Shown: positions 44,853 to 45,980 of the stretch, piece by piece
How the letters are laid out: the number at the start of each line of letters is the position of its first letter
Position numbering within the stretch: position 1 is the first letter of the stretch
Virus record (IMG/VR): IMGVR_UViG_3300017903_001334
Coordinates: 1 to 45,980 of that record
DNA: 45,980 bases
Reading direction: 5' to 3' (one strand)
DNA from: a virus
Lineage: Duplodnaviria > Caudoviricetes
Notes under the pieces: model-generated
Databases searched by the model: none
What the model saw: only the letters and a program-made list of their open reading frames with translations
What the model was told of the DNA's origin: nothing
Position numbers and translations under genes: made by a program

Positions 44853-45631
44853 TGTTTGAAAACTTCGACATAAAGAAGTATTTAGATAAAAAGCCGCCTA
44901 GCGATGGCTCTTTTACTACAACTCAAGAGATTAAAGAGTTGAATAAAATACCTATAAATGAAAGGTTTGTAAAAGAAAAAGACGATATTAAGGCTAGCTT
45001 TTTAAAATTAGCTAATAAAAAAAATTTGGATGTTGAAGGTAAAGCTATAGATAAGATAATAGACGAATCCTCTAAAGTAATATTAAAAATAAAAAAGCAT
45101 CACAATAGGCCAAGGCCAAAAGTTTTAGCTAAAAAAAACAATATTAAGTTTGACGATAAAGAGTTAGACTCAATGAAGACGCCATCGTACCCGTCAGGCC
45201 ACTCAGCTCAAGGTGTTTTAATAGCTAAGCTGCTAGCAGATAAATTTCCTAAACATGCTAAAGACTTTATGAAACTTGGCAAAGACATATCTTATAGTAG
45301 AAACGTAGCACATGCTCATTATAAATCTGATAGTAAGTTTGGTGAGCAACTAGGTAAAGATATGTTTGAGCACTTAAAGTCTGATAGTCCGTTTAAGAAA
45401 CGCATGGGTGATTTTAAACACTCAGATGCACCTGATGCTAAAGGCAAATTTAAAACATTATCAGCGGAAGCTTTAGCTAGTTGGATGATTAAGTCTCGTA
45501 AAGGTAATTTATCTAAGATTATAAGCAGCTTAAATCAACAAGTTGTATTTAGAAGAAATAAAGATCCTAAGTACGCAGCTAAAATGCGTAGAACTATGGA
45601 CATCGTAAGAAAAAGATTAAATAAAAAATGA
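44852..45631 (+). CDS. PAP2-superfamily (acid phosphatase / vanadium haloperoxidase-like) protein fused via SPFKK to a basic module
   Basis: Three PAP2 motifs: KKHHNRPRP, SYPSGHS and SRNVAHAHYKSD. SPFKK at 45386-45400. Confidence 0.85.
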   Translation: MFENFDIKKYLDKKPPSDGSFTTTQEIKELNKIPINERFVKEKDDIKASFLKLANKKNLDVEGKAIDKIIDESSKVILKIKKHHNRPRPKVLAKKNNIKFDDKELDSMKTPSYPSGHSAQGVLIAKLLADKFPKHAKDFMKLGKDISYSRNVAHAHYKSDSKFGEQLGKDMFEHLKSDSPFKKRMGDFKHSDAPDAKGKFKTLSAEALASWMIKSRKGNLSKIISSLNQQVVFRRNKDPKYAAKMRRTMDIVRKRLNKK

Positions 45632-45980
45632 GTAAAGCTTATAGAGGTGTATTAAAAGCTCGTATATCAAAGCTTTACGGTGGAGATGTTACAGTTGAAA
45701 AAGCTAGAAAGCTGAAAGCGAGAAAAGATGCTACGCCTAGAGATAAGCAGTTAGCAAATTGGTTTATAAATATGCAAACAAATCGACCATTAAAAAAACG
45801 TAAAGATCCTGTAGTTGGTACAGGTAAAAAACCTAAAGGCTCAGGTAGACGTCTATACACTGACGAAAACCCTAAAGATACTGTGCCTATTAAGTTTGCG
45901 ACAGTAGCTGATGCTAGAAAAACAATAGCCAAGGTTATGAATATAAACAAACCTTATGCTAGAAAAGTACAAATACTAAC
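45628..45980 (+). CDS. Basic modular protein, partial (MSKAYRGVLKARI...NWFINMQTN-RPLKK-RKDPVVGTGKKPKGSGRRLYTDENPKDTV...)
   Basis: ATGA overlap with the previous stop, frame open to the window end. Not in the ORF track. Confidence 0.8.
   Translation, partial: MSKAYRGVLKARISKLYGGDVTVEKARKLKARKDATPRDKQLANWFINMQTNRPLKKRKDPVVGTGKKPKGSGRRLYTDENPKDTVPIKFATVADARKTIAKVMNINKPYARKVQIL

Noticed and set aside
1242-45950. Numerous minus-strand and alternate-frame ORFs inside long + strand genes
   Set aside because: Shadow ORFs (Ser/Leu/Phe-rich antisense translations) with no motifs or leaders.
1-45980. Stop-codon reassignment (TAG or TGA) as seen in some crAss-like phages
   Set aside because: Very long ORFs are intact in the standard code, and TAG and TGA end genes right at the next start (e.g. 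920, 8707, 14548, 45631).
1-45980. tRNA or rRNA genes
   Set aside because: Intergenic gaps are short and AT-rich. No cloverleaf or T-loop GTTCGA signature was seen in non-coding space.

Overview
This window is part of a tailed dsDNA phage genome with podovirus-type architecture. It resembles Crassvirales-related and marine Bacteroidota (Flavobacteria) phages: AT-rich, with A/T-rich leaders instead of Shine-Dalgarno sites, and standard genetic code. The first ~470 bp hold two leftward genes, each behind the same tripartite promoter-like motif. The rest is a rightward late region: small basic proteins, groEL then groES, a zincin protease, a holin-like protein, a VWA protein, a SET-domain methyltransferase, a GroES-like protein, terminase, portal, scaffold, major capsid, neck/ring proteins, a 2657-aa nozzle/stabilisation protein, a cupin, three probable ejection proteins (the largest 2960 aa), lysis genes, a fibre, and a second cluster of basic modular proteins that includes a PAP2 phosphatase. 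The most striking signal is a shared peptide grammar across about ten otherwise unrelated proteins. There are two families of N-terminal leaders (MAFKM..SMAKM.K.AG...AMK and M[AP]YVQ[SK]NNP[FV]) and a recurrent [SNRA]-[PA]-[MLF]-K linker at module boundaries, which also occurs in two ejection proteins. Together with an MAFK-starting HExxH protease and a SET lysine methyltransferase, this suggests a capsid-targeting, polyprotein-processing and possibly lysine-modification system. All family assignments come from motif recognition by eye; no searches were run.
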